Origin: an uncultured Desulfovibrionaceae bacterium
Lineage (GTDB): Bacteria; Desulfobacterota; Desulfovibrionia; Desulfovibrionales; Desulfovibrionaceae
Assembly (NCBI GenBank): GCA_964369515.1
Contig: CAYJHK010000001.1
Span: forward strand, 1-39,492
DNA: 39,492 nt
Direction of reading: 5' to 3'
Position numbers and translations under genes: made by a program
Notes under the pieces: generated by a model
What the model was told of the DNA's origin: nothing
What the model saw: only the letters and a program-made list of their open reading frames with translations
Databases searched by the model: none
Shown here: positions 21,014 to 30,569 of the stretch, one piece after another
How positions within the stretch are numbered: position 1 is the stretch's first letter
How the letters are laid out: every line of letters starts with the position of its first letter

Positions 21014-23137
21014 ATGTATAAAAGTCTTTATATTACAGCTACTGAATCTCGTTCCGGTAAGTCCGCTCTTGTGCTTGGAGTCATGCAGCTTTTGACTCGT
21101 AAAATGCGCAAGGTGGCGTTTTTCCGTCCCATCATCAATGAACCTATTTTAGATGACAAAGACAATGATATTAACTTGATGCTTAAGCATTTTAAACTGG
21201 AGCAAAGCTATAGCGATGCTTTTTCCTACACCCTTGAAGAAGCTCGTCACTTAATCAATTATGGTCAGCGCAATCTGCTTATTCAAAATATTTTGGAAAA
21301 ATATCATAGTCTTGTGGAAGAAAATGACTTTGTGCTCTGTGAAGGAACGGACTTTTTGGGGCAAGACGCATCTTTTGAATTTGAACTTAATGCTGACATC
21401 GCCGCCAACCTTGGTTCGGTAATGATGGTTATTACCCTTGGGCACGAAAAATTGCTTGATGAAGTTATTGAGGGTACGAAAACCGTGCTTGACCAGCTTG
21501 AATTAAAGCATGTGGATGTGCTGTCGGTTATTGTCAATAGAGCTGACTATACCGAAACGGAAAAGAGCGATTTACGAGAGGCACTTGGGCACGGCAAAGC
21601 AAAAAATGCATGGCAAGAAGGGCGTGAGCTGCTTATCTATTCAGTGCCCGACGAGCCTGCCCTAGGTAAACCCACCATGAACGATGTGGCACGCTGGCTG
21701 GGGGCGGAAGTGCTTTACGGCGCCAATCGTATGGATAGTCTTGTGGGGCAATATTTGATAGCTGCCATGCAAGTGCATAATTTTTTGGATTATATTTCCG
21801 AAGGCAACCTTATCATAACCCCCGGCGATCGTGTGGATATTGTGCTGGCATCCTTGGCATCACGTGTTTCGTCGGCCTACCACGATATTTCCGGTGTGCT
21901 ACTCACCGGCGGCATTCGCTTGCCCACCAATGTGCAGCAATTACTGGAAGGTTGGACAGGCGTACCCGTTCCCATATTATTGACCACACACCACACATAT
22001 AAAACAGTTCAAATGCTTTCCATGCTTTATGGACGCATTGAGCCGGAAAATGTGCAAAAAGTCAACACCGCTTTGGGGCTGTTTGAACGACATGTCAATT
22101 CCAAGGAAATCGGCAATCGCTTGATAAGTGATAAGCCCACCCGTGTCACCCCCATGATGTTTGAATTTGAACTTATTGAAAAAGCCCGTCAGAAAAAAAT
22201 GCGCATAGTGCTGGCTGAAGGTGCGGAAGAACGCATCTTACGTGCAACGGATATCTTGCTTAAACGAGATGTGGCGGAAGTTATCTTGCTTGGAAATGCC
22301 GAGCGCATTGGCAAACGCATTGGTGATATTGGCCTTGACCTTTCCGGTGCACGCATCATTCAACCGGAGCTTTGGCCGGACTTTGAAGATTATGCGCAAA
22401 CATATTATGAATTGCGCAAACATAAGGGTATGACCATTGAAGCGTCTCGTGAGCGCATGATTGATGCCACCTATTTCGGAACCATGATGGTGCATAAAAA
22501 TCATGCCGACGGTATGGTTTCGGGTGCTGTCAACACCACGGCACACACCATTCGCCCCGCCTTTGAATTTATCAAAACCAAACCCGGTTGCGCCACTGTG
22601 TCTTCGGTATTTTTAATGTGCCTCCAAGATCGGGTGCTGGCCTTTGGCGATTGTGCCGTCATCCCCAACCCAACGGCGCAGGAGCTGGCAGAAATTGCCC
22701 TTGCTTCAGCCCATACAGCAAAGGTTTTTGGCATTGAACCCCGTGTTGCCATGCTCTCATATTCCACAGGAACATCGGGTAAGGGTGCAGATGTGGAAAA
22801 AGTTGTGGAAGCTACGAAAATTGCTCAGGAAAGAAAACCTGAACTTTTATTGGAAGGGCCAATTCAATATGATGCCGCCATAGATCCGGAAGTGGCTCGT
22901 ACTAAGCTGCCTAACAGCAAAGTAGCCGGAAAAGCTACTGTTTTTGTCTTCCCTGACCTCAATACCGGCAACAATACCTATAAGGCCGTGCAAAGAGCCG
23001 CCGGCGCCATTGCCATAGGTCCGGTGTTGCAAGGATTGAATAAACCTGTTAACGACTTATCTCGTGGTTGCACGGTGGCAGATATTGTCAATACCGTTGC
23101 CATTACGGCCATTCAAGCAGCTGCAGAAAAAAATTAA
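21014..23137 (+). CDS. pta: phosphate acetyltransferase, long form (N-terminal P-loop-like/DRTGG region plus PTA_PTB domain)
   Basis: N-terminus MYKSLYITATESRSGKSALVLG resembles long Pta proteins. C-terminal PTA domain (SGAVNTTAHTIRPA...). Start at ATG 21014 preceded by GGAGG. Confidence 0.92.
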   Translation: MYKSLYITATESRSGKSALVLGVMQLLTRKMRKVAFFRPIINEPILDDKDNDINLMLKHFKLEQSYSDAFSYTLEEARHLINYGQRNLLIQNILEKYHSLVEENDFVLCEGTDFLGQDASFEFELNADIAANLGSVMMVITLGHEKLLDEVIEGTKTVLDQLELKHVDVLSVIVNRADYTETEKSDLREALGHGKAKNAWQEGRELLIYSVPDEPALGKPTMNDVARWLGAEVLYGANRMDSLVGQYLIAAMQVHNFLDYISEGNLIITPGDRVDIVLASLASRVSSAYHDISGVLLTGGIRLPTNVQQLLEGWTGVPVPILLTTHHTYKTVQMLSMLYGRIEPENVQKVNTALGLFERHVNSKEIGNRLISDKPTRVTPMMFEFELIEKARQKKMRIVLAEGAEERILRATDILLKRDVAEVILLGNAERIGKRIGDIGLDLSGARIIQPELWPDFEDYAQTYYELRKHKGMTIEASRERMIDATYFGTMMVHKNHADGMVSGAVNTTAHTIRPAFEFIKTKPGCATVSSVFLMCLQDRVLAFGDCAVIPNPTAQELAEIALASAHTAKVFGIEPRVAMLSYSTGTSGKGADVEKVVEATKIAQERKPELLLEGPIQYDAAIDPEVARTKLPNSKVAGKATVFVFPDLNTGNNTYKAVQRAAGAIAIGPVLQGLNKPVNDLSRGCTVADIVNTVAITAIQAAAEKN

Positions 23138-23169
23138 GCATGTAGCTTGTCGCTACCTATAGGAAGTAT

Positions 23170-24378
23170 ATGAAAATATTAGTAATCAACGCAGGTTCAT
23201 CGTCTTGCAAGTATCAACTGTTTGAAATGGCAGACAAATCTGTCCTTTGCTCCGGCATTGTGGAACGCATTGGCGCAAGTCAAGGAAAATTAAGCCATAA
23301 ACTTTTTCCGGACACTGACAAGGAAGAAAAAATTGTTATCGACAAAGCTTTCCCAACGCATGTGGAAGGCATGGACGAAGTCATCAGACTGCTTGTGGAC
23401 AAAGAAAAGGGTGTCATTAAGGACGTTTCCGAAATTCACGCCATTGGTCACCGTGTCTTGCATGGCGGCGAAGACATCAAACAGCCTGTGCGCATTGACG
23501 AAAAAGCCAAGGAAATTATTCGCAAATATATTCCCCTTGGCCCATTGCATAACCCTGCAAATTTAATGGGTATCGAAGTAGCAGAAAAATTACTGCCCGG
23601 CGTACCCAACGTGGGCGTCTTTGATACGGAGTTTGGCGCAAGCATGGAGCCTTCCGCCTTCATCTATCCTCTTCCTTATGAAATTTATGAAGAACATAAT
23701 GTGCGCCGCTATGGTTTTCACGGCACGTCGCACAAATATATTGCCAAAAAAACCGCTGAATTTCTGGGTAAACCACAAGCAGAACTCAATTCCATCACCT
23801 TGCACCTTGGCAACGGTTCCTCCGCCTCTGCCGTGAAAAATGGAATTTGCGCCGATACCTCCATGGGACTTACACCCCTTGAAGGCTTAATGATGGGCAC
23901 TCGTTGCGGCACCATTGACCCGGCTATAGTACCTTTCTTGCAAGACAAAATGAACCTTTCCGCAACTGAAGTCGATACGCTGATGAATAAAAAATCCGGC
24001 TTGCTCGGCATTTGCGGCATGAGTGATATGCGTGATATTCATAGCAAACGTGACGAGGGTGATGAGCGTGCACAGCTGGCCTTTGATATGCTTTGCCGCA
24101 GTATCAAAAAGCAATTGGGCGCATATTTCTTCTTGCTTGGACGGGTGGATGCCATTGTTTTCACCGCCGGCATCGGGGAAAATGACGACTTTGTTCGTGC
24201 CGGAGTCATAAAAGGACTGGAGCCGCTGGGTATCGTCCTTGATGAAAAGGAAAATGCCGTCAGACGTGGTATTGCACGAGTTATCAGCACTGCCGAATCA
24301 AAAATTCCCGTGCTCATTATCCCCACCAATGAAGAATTACAAATTGCTGAAACGACAGTGGAAGTGCTTGGTAAGTAA
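23170..24378 (+). CDS. ackA: acetate kinase
   Basis: MKILVINAGSSSCKYQLF N-terminus, HRVLHGG, GFHGTSH and TAGIGEN motifs; 402 aa. Confidence 0.95.
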   Translation: MKILVINAGSSSCKYQLFEMADKSVLCSGIVERIGASQGKLSHKLFPDTDKEEKIVIDKAFPTHVEGMDEVIRLLVDKEKGVIKDVSEIHAIGHRVLHGGEDIKQPVRIDEKAKEIIRKYIPLGPLHNPANLMGIEVAEKLLPGVPNVGVFDTEFGASMEPSAFIYPLPYEIYEEHNVRRYGFHGTSHKYIAKKTAEFLGKPQAELNSITLHLGNGSSASAVKNGICADTSMGLTPLEGLMMGTRCGTIDPAIVPFLQDKMNLSATEVDTLMNKKSGLLGICGMSDMRDIHSKRDEGDERAQLAFDMLCRSIKKQLGAYFFLLGRVDAIVFTAGIGENDDFVRAGVIKGLEPLGIVLDEKENAVRRGIARVISTAESKIPVLIIPTNEELQIAETTVEVLGK

Positions 24379-24402
24379 TTTTTAGGATACGCTAATTTTT
24401 TT

Positions 24403-24442
24403 CTGGGGGAAAACCTTTTGTGAACAAAAGGTTCTTCCCCCA
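24403..24442. terminator. G/C-clamped hairpin after ackA
   Basis: CTGGGGGAAAACCTTTTG-tgaac-AAAAGGTTCTTCCCCCAG. The T-run precedes rather than follows the stem, so it is not a canonical intrinsic terminator. Confidence 0.45.
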
Positions 24443-24611
24443 GACCCCCTTTCCAAAAAACTTTCACACGAATTTTTCTTACGAAAAATTCTTTCAGGAT
24501 TGTTTTACTAAAAAAGCAGCATATTTTTATTTTTGCTATGTGGATACTGAAATTTCATAAAACAGTATCCATTGTTCGCCCATGGTTGCATAGGATTTTT
24601 GAGGTGTAAAA

Positions 24612-24812
24612 GTGAAAATTATTTTCAATGGAACGTCAATTGACAGCGACAGTGGGAGTACACTGTTGCAATTGTTACATGCGCAAAATTTAGAGCCAGA
24701 TAAGGTAGTCGTTGAGCTGAACGCAAATATCGTGCCCTCGACAGACTTTGCCACAACCCTTTTACGTGAAGACGACCGCTTGGAAGTCTTGCATTTTGTG
24801 GGAGGTGGTTAA
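24612..24812 (+). CDS. thiS: sulfur-carrier protein ThiS
   Basis: 66 aa ending in GG. GTG start with GAGGTG upstream. Stop overlaps the thiG start (TAATG). Confidence 0.85.
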   Translation: MKIIFNGTSIDSDSGSTLLQLLHAQNLEPDKVVVELNANIVPSTDFATTLLREDDRLEVLHFVGGG

Positions 24813-25600
24813 TGAGTGTGCACGATTTCATGCTTGGCGGTGAAGTTCTGAGCAGCCGTTTATTTATCGGTACGGGAAAATACGGTGCAGACGCACTCAT
24901 CCCCGAGGTGTGCCAAGCCTCCGATTCCAATGTCATCACAGTTGCTTTGCGCCGTGTGGATATGCAAAGGCAAGGGCATTCCGAACAAACGGGAATAATG
25001 CAGCATATACCCAAAAACATGAAGCTTTTACCCAATACCTCCGGTGCTCGCACCGCTGATGAGGCTGTGCGCCTTGCACGTCTGGCTAAAGCCGCCGGCT
25101 GCGGTAATTGGATTAAAATTGAAGTAATCAGCGATACACGCTACCTTTTACCCGACGGCTACGAAACGGCTAAGGCCACAGAAATCTTGGCAAAAGAAGA
25201 CTTTGTCGTCCTTCCGTACATGAACCCCGATCTCTATGTAGCCCGCTCGCTGGTGGACGCAGGAGCTGCGGCTGTCATGCCCTTGGGTGCTCCCATAGGC
25301 AGTAATCGTGGTCTGCGTACCAAGGAAATGATTGGCATTCTCATTGAGGAAATACCCTTACCCATTATCGTGGACGCCGGCATTGGCAAACCTTCCGAAG
25401 CCTGCGAATGCATGGAAATGGGAGCGGCAGCTTGCCTTGTAAACACAGCCATTGCCTCAGCTGAAGACCCCATTGCCATGGCCACTGCCTTTGCCGCCGC
25501 CGTGCGTGCCGGACGAGAAGCCTATTGCGCCGGGCTTGGTGCAGAAGTTTCGGGACGGGGCGTTGCCTCATCGCCGCTAACGGGATTTTTGGACGAATAA
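24812..25600 (+). CDS. thiG: thiazole synthase ThiG
   Basis: 262 aa. [16 protein letters not shown]...LLPD and [14 protein letters not shown] motifs. Confidence 0.93.
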   Translation: MSVHDFMLGGEVLSSRLFIGTGKYGADALIPEVCQASDSNVITVALRRVDMQRQGHSEQTGIMQHIPKNMKLLPNTSGARTADEAVRLARLAKAAGCGNWIKIEVISDTRYLLPDGYETAKATEILAKEDFVVLPYMNPDLYVARSLVDAGAAAVMPLGAPIGSNRGLRTKEMIGILIEEIPLPIIVDAGIGKPSEACECMEMGAAACLVNTAIASAEDPIAMATAFAAAVRAGREAYCAGLGAEVSGRGVASSPLTGFLDE

Positions 25601-25697
25601 GTATGGCTCATAGAGCTAATTTTCACTGTATTTACTGTGTTGGGTGCGGTGATTTTTGAGGGCTTGACGTTATTGCCTTACGGAATTGCGTATTTAC

Positions 25698-25837
25698 CGC
25701 AAGCGCAAGATAAATTTAAGCTCAACCAAAAACGCAAGCAAGATTATCAATGTAAATAAAATGATAGAATAATCGCAAGCAAAACGCAATGGATTGCGCA
25801 ATGAAACTCGCAAGCCTAAACGCAATGGGAACGCAAT
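25698..25837 (+). repeat. array of nine CGCAA[G/T] motifs in the thiG-thiH spacer
   Basis: Motif starts at 25698, 25704, 25733, 25774, 25785, 25797, 25809, 25821 and 25832. The last six are spaced 11-12 bp apart. Confidence 0.8.
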
Positions 25838-25854
25838 GACAATTGGGATAATAT

Positions 25855-26973
25855 ATGCAAAATTTTTCTGAAACCCTAGCGCAGTGGCCTTTGGAGCGGA
25901 GAGAACGTATTCTCAACGCAGCCACACCGCAAAAAATTATGGCCGCCATCGAACGGGAAAATCTCAGCCTTGAAGATTTCCTGCTCTTGCTCTCTCCTGT
26001 GGCAACGCCCTTCCTTGAACAAATGGCACGACGTGCGCAAAGGGAAAGTCGTAAACATTTTGGACGTGCCGTACAGCTTTTTACGCCTTTATACCTTTCG
26101 GATCATTGTACCAATCAATGCCGATACTGCGGTTTTAATGCAAAAAATACGCAAGTTCGCCGCCATCTTTCCCCTGAAGAAGCAAAGGCAGAAGCTCTCG
26201 CCATAGCTACCGAAGGGCTTGGGCATATCCTCCTGCTCACAGGCGAAGCACGCAAAATCGCTTCGCCGCAGTACATTGCCCACATTGCCAAGACTATAAA
26301 ACCGCACTTTGCTTCCGTAGGCATTGAGGTTTATGCCATGGACGTTGACGAATACGCCATGTTGGTGGAAAACGGCGTGGACAGCATGACCTTATTTCAA
26401 GAAACCTACGATGAAGAACTGTATGCGTGGTTGCATCCGGCAGGCCCCAAGCGTGATTATGCTTATCGTCTTGAGGCTCCCACCAGAGCTGTGCAAGCCG
26501 GCATGTATAGCGTCAATGTGGGGGCTTTGCTTGGCTTAAATGCCTTGGAAAACGATGGATTTTGTACAGGATTACACGCACATTGGCTACAAAAACAGCA
26601 TCAAGGTGTGGAGGTAGGTTTGTCGGTACCACGAATGTGTCCGCACGAAGGCAACTTTGACGTACCGCACGCTGTGGACGATCGATCCTTTGTGCAATAT
26701 ATTACAGCCGTGCGCTGTTTTTTACCACGTGTTGGCATAACCGTGTCCAGCCGTGAAAGCGCACGAATGCGTGATCATGTGGTTCCCCTTGGCGTAACTC
26801 GGGTTTCTGCCGGCGTTTCCACGCTGGTAGGCGGACGTGTGACCGAAGGCGGCGATGCCGGACAATTTGAAATTTCAGACACCCGCTCTGTGGAACAAAT
26901 GGTTCACGCTCTATCAAAAATTGGTTACCAAGCGGTGAAAAAAGATTGGCAAAGTATGCACAATATCCTGTAA
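25855..26973 (+). CDS. thiH: 2-iminoacetate synthase ThiH (radical SAM)
   Basis: Radical SAM cluster motif CTNQCRYCGF. 372 aa. Adjacent to thiS-thiG. Confidence 0.9.
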   Translation: MQNFSETLAQWPLERRERILNAATPQKIMAAIERENLSLEDFLLLLSPVATPFLEQMARRAQRESRKHFGRAVQLFTPLYLSDHCTNQCRYCGFNAKNTQVRRHLSPEEAKAEALAIATEGLGHILLLTGEARKIASPQYIAHIAKTIKPHFASVGIEVYAMDVDEYAMLVENGVDSMTLFQETYDEELYAWLHPAGPKRDYAYRLEAPTRAVQAGMYSVNVGALLGLNALENDGFCTGLHAHWLQKQHQGVEVGLSVPRMCPHEGNFDVPHAVDDRSFVQYITAVRCFLPRVGITVSSRESARMRDHVVPLGVTRVSAGVSTLVGGRVTEGGDAGQFEISDTRSVEQMVHALSKIGYQAVKKDWQSMHNIL

Positions 26974-27055
26974 TAATCTGAACCGTAGCTTTTGGCTTAT
27001 ACAAAGGTCTCACAATGTGATATTTAAGCCTATTCTACAGATAGTCGCCGCTAGC

Positions 27056-30000
27056 TTACCCATTCTTGGCATTAGCCCTGCTCTTGGAAATCCAAAAATG
27101 TAAGGATTTATATAAGACTTCGGGAACAATGGGTTTTGTTATGTGATCGTTCATGCCATAGGAAAGGCTGATTTCCTTATCACCCTTCATGGCATGGGCG
27201 GACATGGCAACAATGGGTACATTGGCATATTCGGCTTGCTCCCGAATTTTCTTTGTGGCGGTGTAGCCATCCATAATGGGCATTTGAATATCCATTAATA
27301 CGAGGTCATAGCTTTTTTCTTTAAGCATTTGAAGTGCCTCTTCACCGTTTTGGGCTATATCTAATGTATAACCCACAGCCTGCAAAATCTCCTGTGCCAC
27401 CAGTTGATTGATTTCATTGTCTTCGGCTAGGAGCAGATGCCCGAGTGCCAAGGTTTCATCTTGTATGTCCATAAGGCATTCTTCATTATTTTTAATCTCT
27501 TCCGCCGCATGGTCAAGTTCAAAAATGGCAGTGCAATAAAAGGTCGAACCCACATGGAGTTCGCTTTCAACCCAAATATTTCCACGCATCATGGTGATAA
27601 TACTGCGAGAAATTACCAAACCAAGCCCCGTGCCGCCAAATTTACGAGTGACGGAATTATCGGCCTGCGAAAAAGCTGAGAAAAGCCGCCCCACTTGGTC
27701 GGGGCTTAAACCAATGCCGGTATCACGCACTGCAAATGTGCAAAATAGTTCATTTCCATTGCGCAACGAGCTTTCCACTTCCAACGATACAGTACCTGAG
27801 CGAGTGAACTTAATGGCATTGCTCACGAGATTGAAAAGTACTTGTTTTAAACGCAGGGCATCCCCAAGAACTCGCACATCAGCTTGATCCCCGGCACTCA
27901 CGTTCAGTTTTAAGCCTTTTTCCGTGCTCACTGAGACATAAAGATCCTGAACTTCTTGACAAATAGCTCCCAAGGTGAAGGGACAGGATTCCATATGCAA
28001 TTTTCCGGCTTCAATTTTGGAGAAATCAAGAATATCGTTGATGATGCGCATGAGATTTTGGGCAGAGAAAACACTTTTTTGTACATAGCTTTTTTGAGTG
28101 TCGTCCATATCAGTTTGTTCTAAAAGGTGCAATAAGCCCAAGATACCATTCATGGGCGTGCGAATTTCATGACTCATATTGGCCAAAAATTCACCCTTAG
28201 CCTTGGTGCTTTGCTCGGCAAGTTCCTTGGCTTCGAGCAACTTTTGTTCATTTTCGGCTATTTCTTGCAGCATGGCCTTCTGTTCTCGTAAGTCCTTAAT
28301 ATAGGCAATAATGCCACGTTTTCCTTGATACGAAGTGCGCATGGTGATGGCATCCACAGGAATAGGTTCAAGTGTGATTGCGTGTTGGCAGATGAGTTCT
28401 GCTCTTGCAACTCCCTTACTATAACCATCATCAAGCATTTGTAACATTATATCCTTGGTTTTCAAGCCATTGGGCTGGAACTCAGGCGCAGTTTTATAAA
28501 AGTTTTTCAAAAAATCTTCTTTATCATTAAAGCCAAAAATATTTACCGCTTCTAAGTTGGTATAAATGAGCTGAAAATTTTCGTCCCAAAAATTGACGCA
28601 CATGGGCAAGGAATCCAGCATAATGGTATTGCGCAATTCTGCTTCTTTGACAAGCTCTTCCGTGGCTTTAAGCTCCCGTAAATCCTTGGCATAAGCAACC
28701 ACTACTGCTTGACCGTTGAGCATTGAGCGCACAAGATAAATTTCCATGGGGACAAGTTCACCGTCAAGGGTGCAATGCAACCACTCAAAGTGCATGGAAC
28801 CTTTTTCTAAGGTTTCCAAGTGGTTTGCCCATACAGTATCCTTGGAAATACGTCCGTCGGGTTGATAGGTAGGTGAAATCTTGTACCAGTTTTTAATACA
28901 CTCTGCCTTGGTTTCAAATTTGAAAATCCGTAAAACCTCTCTATTGCAGTCAATCATTTCACCGGTTTCACTCCAAAACATAATGCAAAGCGGTACATTT
29001 TCCGTTATAATGGCGTTACGCTCTTCCACAAGCGTCGCCTTTTTTTCCATGGCCTTAAATTCCCGCAAATCTCTGGTATAACCCATGACATGATATTCAC
29101 CGCGAAACAAAACCCGTACCAAGGTAATTTCAGCGGGTATAATTTCTTTGTTTAAGTCTTGATGTAGCCATTCAAAACGGCTGTATCCTTGCTCAAGGGT
29201 TGCGGTCATTTTTTCATGTATCCATTGGTGCGTAGTTCTACCGTCAGGTTGGACTTCCGGAGACAGTTCCAAAAATTTTTCCAGATACTCTTCTTTATTT
29301 TCAAAACCAAATAATTTTGCGGCGGCCAAATTACAATCAACATTTTGAAAGTCTTTTGTCCAAAAATTTGCACACAGCGGCATGGAGTCAAACATTATGC
29401 GCATACGCTCTTCGGCTTCTTGCGCCAAAGCTTCAGTCTTGCGTATGCCTCGCAAATCTCGGGTATACTCTATGACCACATCTTCACCGTCAAGTTTCAC
29501 CCTTGTTAATATGACATCAGCCGGAATTTTTTCACCTTGAAGACTTTTAAATTCCCATTCAAAGTGACATTGACCTTCTTTTAGCGTCCTTTCAAGGTAC
29601 TCATGCCCAAATTCAATGGAACATCTGCCATTGGGTTGATAAGTAGGATTAATTCCCCATGGGTCTTTTTTGAAACTTTCTTTATCGGTAAAGCCGTATA
29701 GTTCAAGCGTAGCCAGATTGCAGTCAAGCACCACATTGTCCTTGCTCCAAATATTTACACTCATGGGCGCAGCATCGAGAATGGACTCGAAACGTTCTTG
29801 GGCTTTTACTTTTTCATGTAAATCGTTAAAAGCTTGTTGTAAGTCTGTATAATATGATATCACAATATTTTGGCCGGCATGATTCATGCGCACTAAGTTG
29901 TATTCCACAAGAAATGCATCGCCGAACTTATTGAGATGTGTCCAAATAAAACGACACTCTCCTTCACGAAAAGCTTGCTGCAAATATTGCAAACCAAGTT

Positions 30001-30229
30001 CAACGGAGCTTCTGCCACATGCTTGCAGTACCGGTGAGAATTTGCTGTATGTGGCAACATATTCATCCATATCTTGCACTTCAAAAGATTTCAGAAAAGT
30101 AGTGGTGCAATATACAGGGCGCCCCTCAATTGTCCAACAACTTAAGGCTATTGGTAATGTATTTAAAACATTTTGACAAAAATCTTCAATAGATTCATGG
30201 GGTGAAAGTTTCTTAAGCTGTGCAAACAT
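27056..30229 (-). CDS. cytoplasmic hybrid sensor histidine kinase/response regulator with five tandem PAS-like modules
   Basis: Five ~125-aa repeats share the motif SP-x-x-QP-[DN]-G. H-box [11 protein letters not shown], HATPase GTGLGL, receiver [11 protein letters not shown]...[14 protein letters not shown]. No TM segment seen. Confidence 0.92.
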   Translation of the reverse strand: MFAQLKKLSPHESIEDFCQNVLNTLPIALSCWTIEGRPVYCTTTFLKSFEVQDMDEYVATYSKFSPVLQACGRSSVELGLQYLQQAFREGECRFIWTHLNKFGDAFLVEYNLVRMNHAGQNIVISYYTDLQQAFNDLHEKVKAQERFESILDAAPMSVNIWSKDNVVLDCNLATLELYGFTDKESFKKDPWGINPTYQPNGRCSIEFGHEYLERTLKEGQCHFEWEFKSLQGEKIPADVILTRVKLDGEDVVIEYTRDLRGIRKTEALAQEAEERMRIMFDSMPLCANFWTKDFQNVDCNLAAAKLFGFENKEEYLEKFLELSPEVQPDGRTTHQWIHEKMTATLEQGYSRFEWLHQDLNKEIIPAEITLVRVLFRGEYHVMGYTRDLREFKAMEKKATLVEERNAIITENVPLCIMFWSETGEMIDCNREVLRIFKFETKAECIKNWYKISPTYQPDGRISKDTVWANHLETLEKGSMHFEWLHCTLDGELVPMEIYLVRSMLNGQAVVVAYAKDLRELKATEELVKEAELRNTIMLDSLPMCVNFWDENFQLIYTNLEAVNIFGFNDKEDFLKNFYKTAPEFQPNGLKTKDIMLQMLDDGYSKGVARAELICQHAITLEPIPVDAITMRTSYQGKRGIIAYIKDLREQKAMLQEIAENEQKLLEAKELAEQSTKAKGEFLANMSHEIRTPMNGILGLLHLLEQTDMDDTQKSYVQKSVFSAQNLMRIINDILDFSKIEAGKLHMESCPFTLGAICQEVQDLYVSVSTEKGLKLNVSAGDQADVRVLGDALRLKQVLFNLVSNAIKFTRSGTVSLEVESSLRNGNELFCTFAVRDTGIGLSPDQVGRLFSAFSQADNSVTRKFGGTGLGLVISRSIITMMRGNIWVESELHVGSTFYCTAIFELDHAAEEIKNNEECLMDIQDETLALGHLLLAEDNEINQLVAQEILQAVGYTLDIAQNGEEALQMLKEKSYDLVLMDIQMPIMDGYTATKKIREQAEYANVPIVAMSAHAMKGDKEISLSYGMNDHITKPIVPEVLYKSLHFWISKSRANAKNG

Positions 30230-30569
30230 GTAGAGCTCCTAATGATGATAGCCGGTTGAAAAATGGAAGCTTCGCCTGTCTGATAGGAAATTAACCACTG
30301 TGTGTCGTTGTATTTATACGGCAAGCACCTTAAAAAGTTTAGGTGTATAATATGTAAAATGTGTATAAATATTTAAATTTTATCAAATTTATTTAAAAAA
30401 AGATGTGGCTAACGGCGTTTTTTGGCAGACAGATAAAATAATAAAGTCATCCTGTGCAGGCTTCATACATGTATTTTTGTAAAAAAGCAACAATTTATCG
30501 GAAGAATTTTTCGTTGTAAATGGATAAAATTTTTGTTAGCTAGGTAAAGATTTTATTGAGGAGTTAACC

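Noticed and set aside
25698-25837. Short repeated motifs considered as a possible CRISPR array.
   Set aside because: The units are 6-7 nt at 11-12 bp spacing, far too short, with no 25-40 nt repeats or spacers and no cas genes. The 27-nt ssb repeats are in-frame coding sequence.
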